DNA from: Candidatus Omnitrophota bacterium
GTDB taxonomy: Bacteria; Omnitrophota; Gorgyraeia; Aquiviventales; Aquiviventaceae
Direction of reading: 5' to 3'
DNA: 64,000 nucleotides
NCBI GenBank assembly: GCA_023247255.1
Contig: JAHFGV010000002.1
Span: forward strand, 33,835 to 97,834
Of this stretch, positions 63,293 to 64,000 are shown in pieces (positions within the stretch are counted from its first letter, which is position 1; each line of letters opens with the position of its first letter). The translations under genes and the position numbers were made by a program. The notes beneath the pieces are model-generated. The model was not told the origin of the DNA, did no database searches, and saw nothing but the letters and a program-made list of their open reading frames with translations.

Positions 63293-64000
63293 ATGATTCA
63301 TTCTTACCTTCGTAACGTCGATGGGACGATTGAAAAGGACGTTTCGACAGGGCGCTTTCGGCAGGTCCTGGCTAGTAATAATGAAGAATGCCTGCTCTGG
63401 GTGGATATCGAAGGGCCGGAGGATGATGAGATTGAGCTGTTGCTGGAAGTTTTTGGGCTGCATCCCCTCACGGTCGAAGACTGCATTATGCCCAATGTCC
63501 GACCCAAGCTGGAGGAATTTGAACATTATCTTTTCGTGACGCTTCAAGGATTGGCTCGTTCCGAGTCAGGGGGTCTGCGGGCGGTTGAATTGGACGTTTG
63601 CCTTGGAAAGAACTTTCTCATCACGATTCGCAGCGAGTCGATCCGGAGCATCGAAGAAGATCGTGCCCGAGTAGAACGTAAATCCCCGATCTTTTTTCGG
63701 GGAACTGATTTTCTTTTCTACGCGATCGTCGATTCGTTGATTGACAGTTATTTTCCGATCTTAGATGAGGTGGAATCCCGTGTCGATGAATTGGCCAGCA
63801 AGCTTCTGTCGGATTCCACCCAGGGTACGGTGCGTGAGTTTTTCAGCGTCTATCATGAGCTGGTGTTGCTTCGTAGAACCTTGGCTCCTCACCGGGACAT
63901 CCTGAGCCGATTCAATCGGGGGCAACTGTCATTCATCCAACCGGCGAACGCCATCTATTTTCGAGACATCTATGACCATCTATTGCGGATGAGCGATCTG
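63293..64000 (+). CDS. corA: magnesium/cobalt transporter CorA, N-terminal part (3' end outside window)
   Basis: MIHSYLRNVDG...LHPLTVEDC...YFRDIYDHLLRM CorA cytoplasmic-domain motifs; runs off the window end in frame. Confidence 0.8.
   Translation, partial: MIHSYLRNVDGTIEKDVSTGRFRQVLASNNEECLLWVDIEGPEDDEIELLLEVFGLHPLTVEDCIMPNVRPKLEEFEHYLFVTLQGLARSESGGLRAVELDVCLGKNFLITIRSESIRSIEEDRARVERKSPIFFRGTDFLFYAIVDSLIDSYFPILDEVESRVDELASKLLSDSTQGTVREFFSVYHELVLLRRTLAPHRDILSRFNRGQLSFIQPANAIYFRDIYDHLLRMSDL

Overview
High-GC (~58%) bacterial chromosomal window, almost entirely + strand. The gene order (argCJBDFGH-lysA-dapFAB) suggests a Nitrospirota-like organism, but that is only a guess.

Positions 1-30,300 are housekeeping and biosynthesis: ftsH (C-terminal part), folP, pdxJ, acpS, an NAD(P)H-hydrate dehydratase gene, three tRNAs (Thr, Tyr, Gly), rplM-rpsI, a complete arginine operon argC-argJ-argB-argD-argF-argG-argH, then lysA-dapF-dapA-dapB plus a DapL-like aminotransferase, folK, panC, panD, an NadX-like aspartate dehydrogenase, uvrA, and a TPR protein with exbB/exbD.

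Positions 30,400-51,400 hold a large type IV pilus (T4P) supercluster:
- a c-di-GMP-riboswitch-like leader;
- a PilX-like gene and three minor pilins;
- an inserted module containing a retropepsin-like gene, two paralogous secreted fibre-like genes flanking a solitary PIN-domain gene, and a Cys-rich secreted protein;
- a pilM-pilN fusion, pilO, pilP, pilQ, pilB, pilC, and five tandem major-pilin paralogs.

Positions 51,400-64,000 contain tRNA-Ala, a RelE/ParE toxin pseudogene with an intact antitoxin, rsmE, a membrane protein, rng, rplU-rpmA-obg, proB-proA, nadD and the start of corA.

The window is unusually dense in small structured repeat families:
- at least 14 copies of a TCGATTGTCGATT palindromic element;
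- a modular repeat downstream of tRNA genes made of duplicated tRNA 3' ends plus a conserved 45-nt motif;
- two ~300-bp terminal-inverted-repeat elements whose internal 19-bp stem shows compensatory changes between copies;
- several MITE-like families;
- heptanucleotide tandem arrays.

The most likely 'new system' candidates are the fibre-protein/PIN/protease module embedded in the T4P locus and the structured-repeat families.
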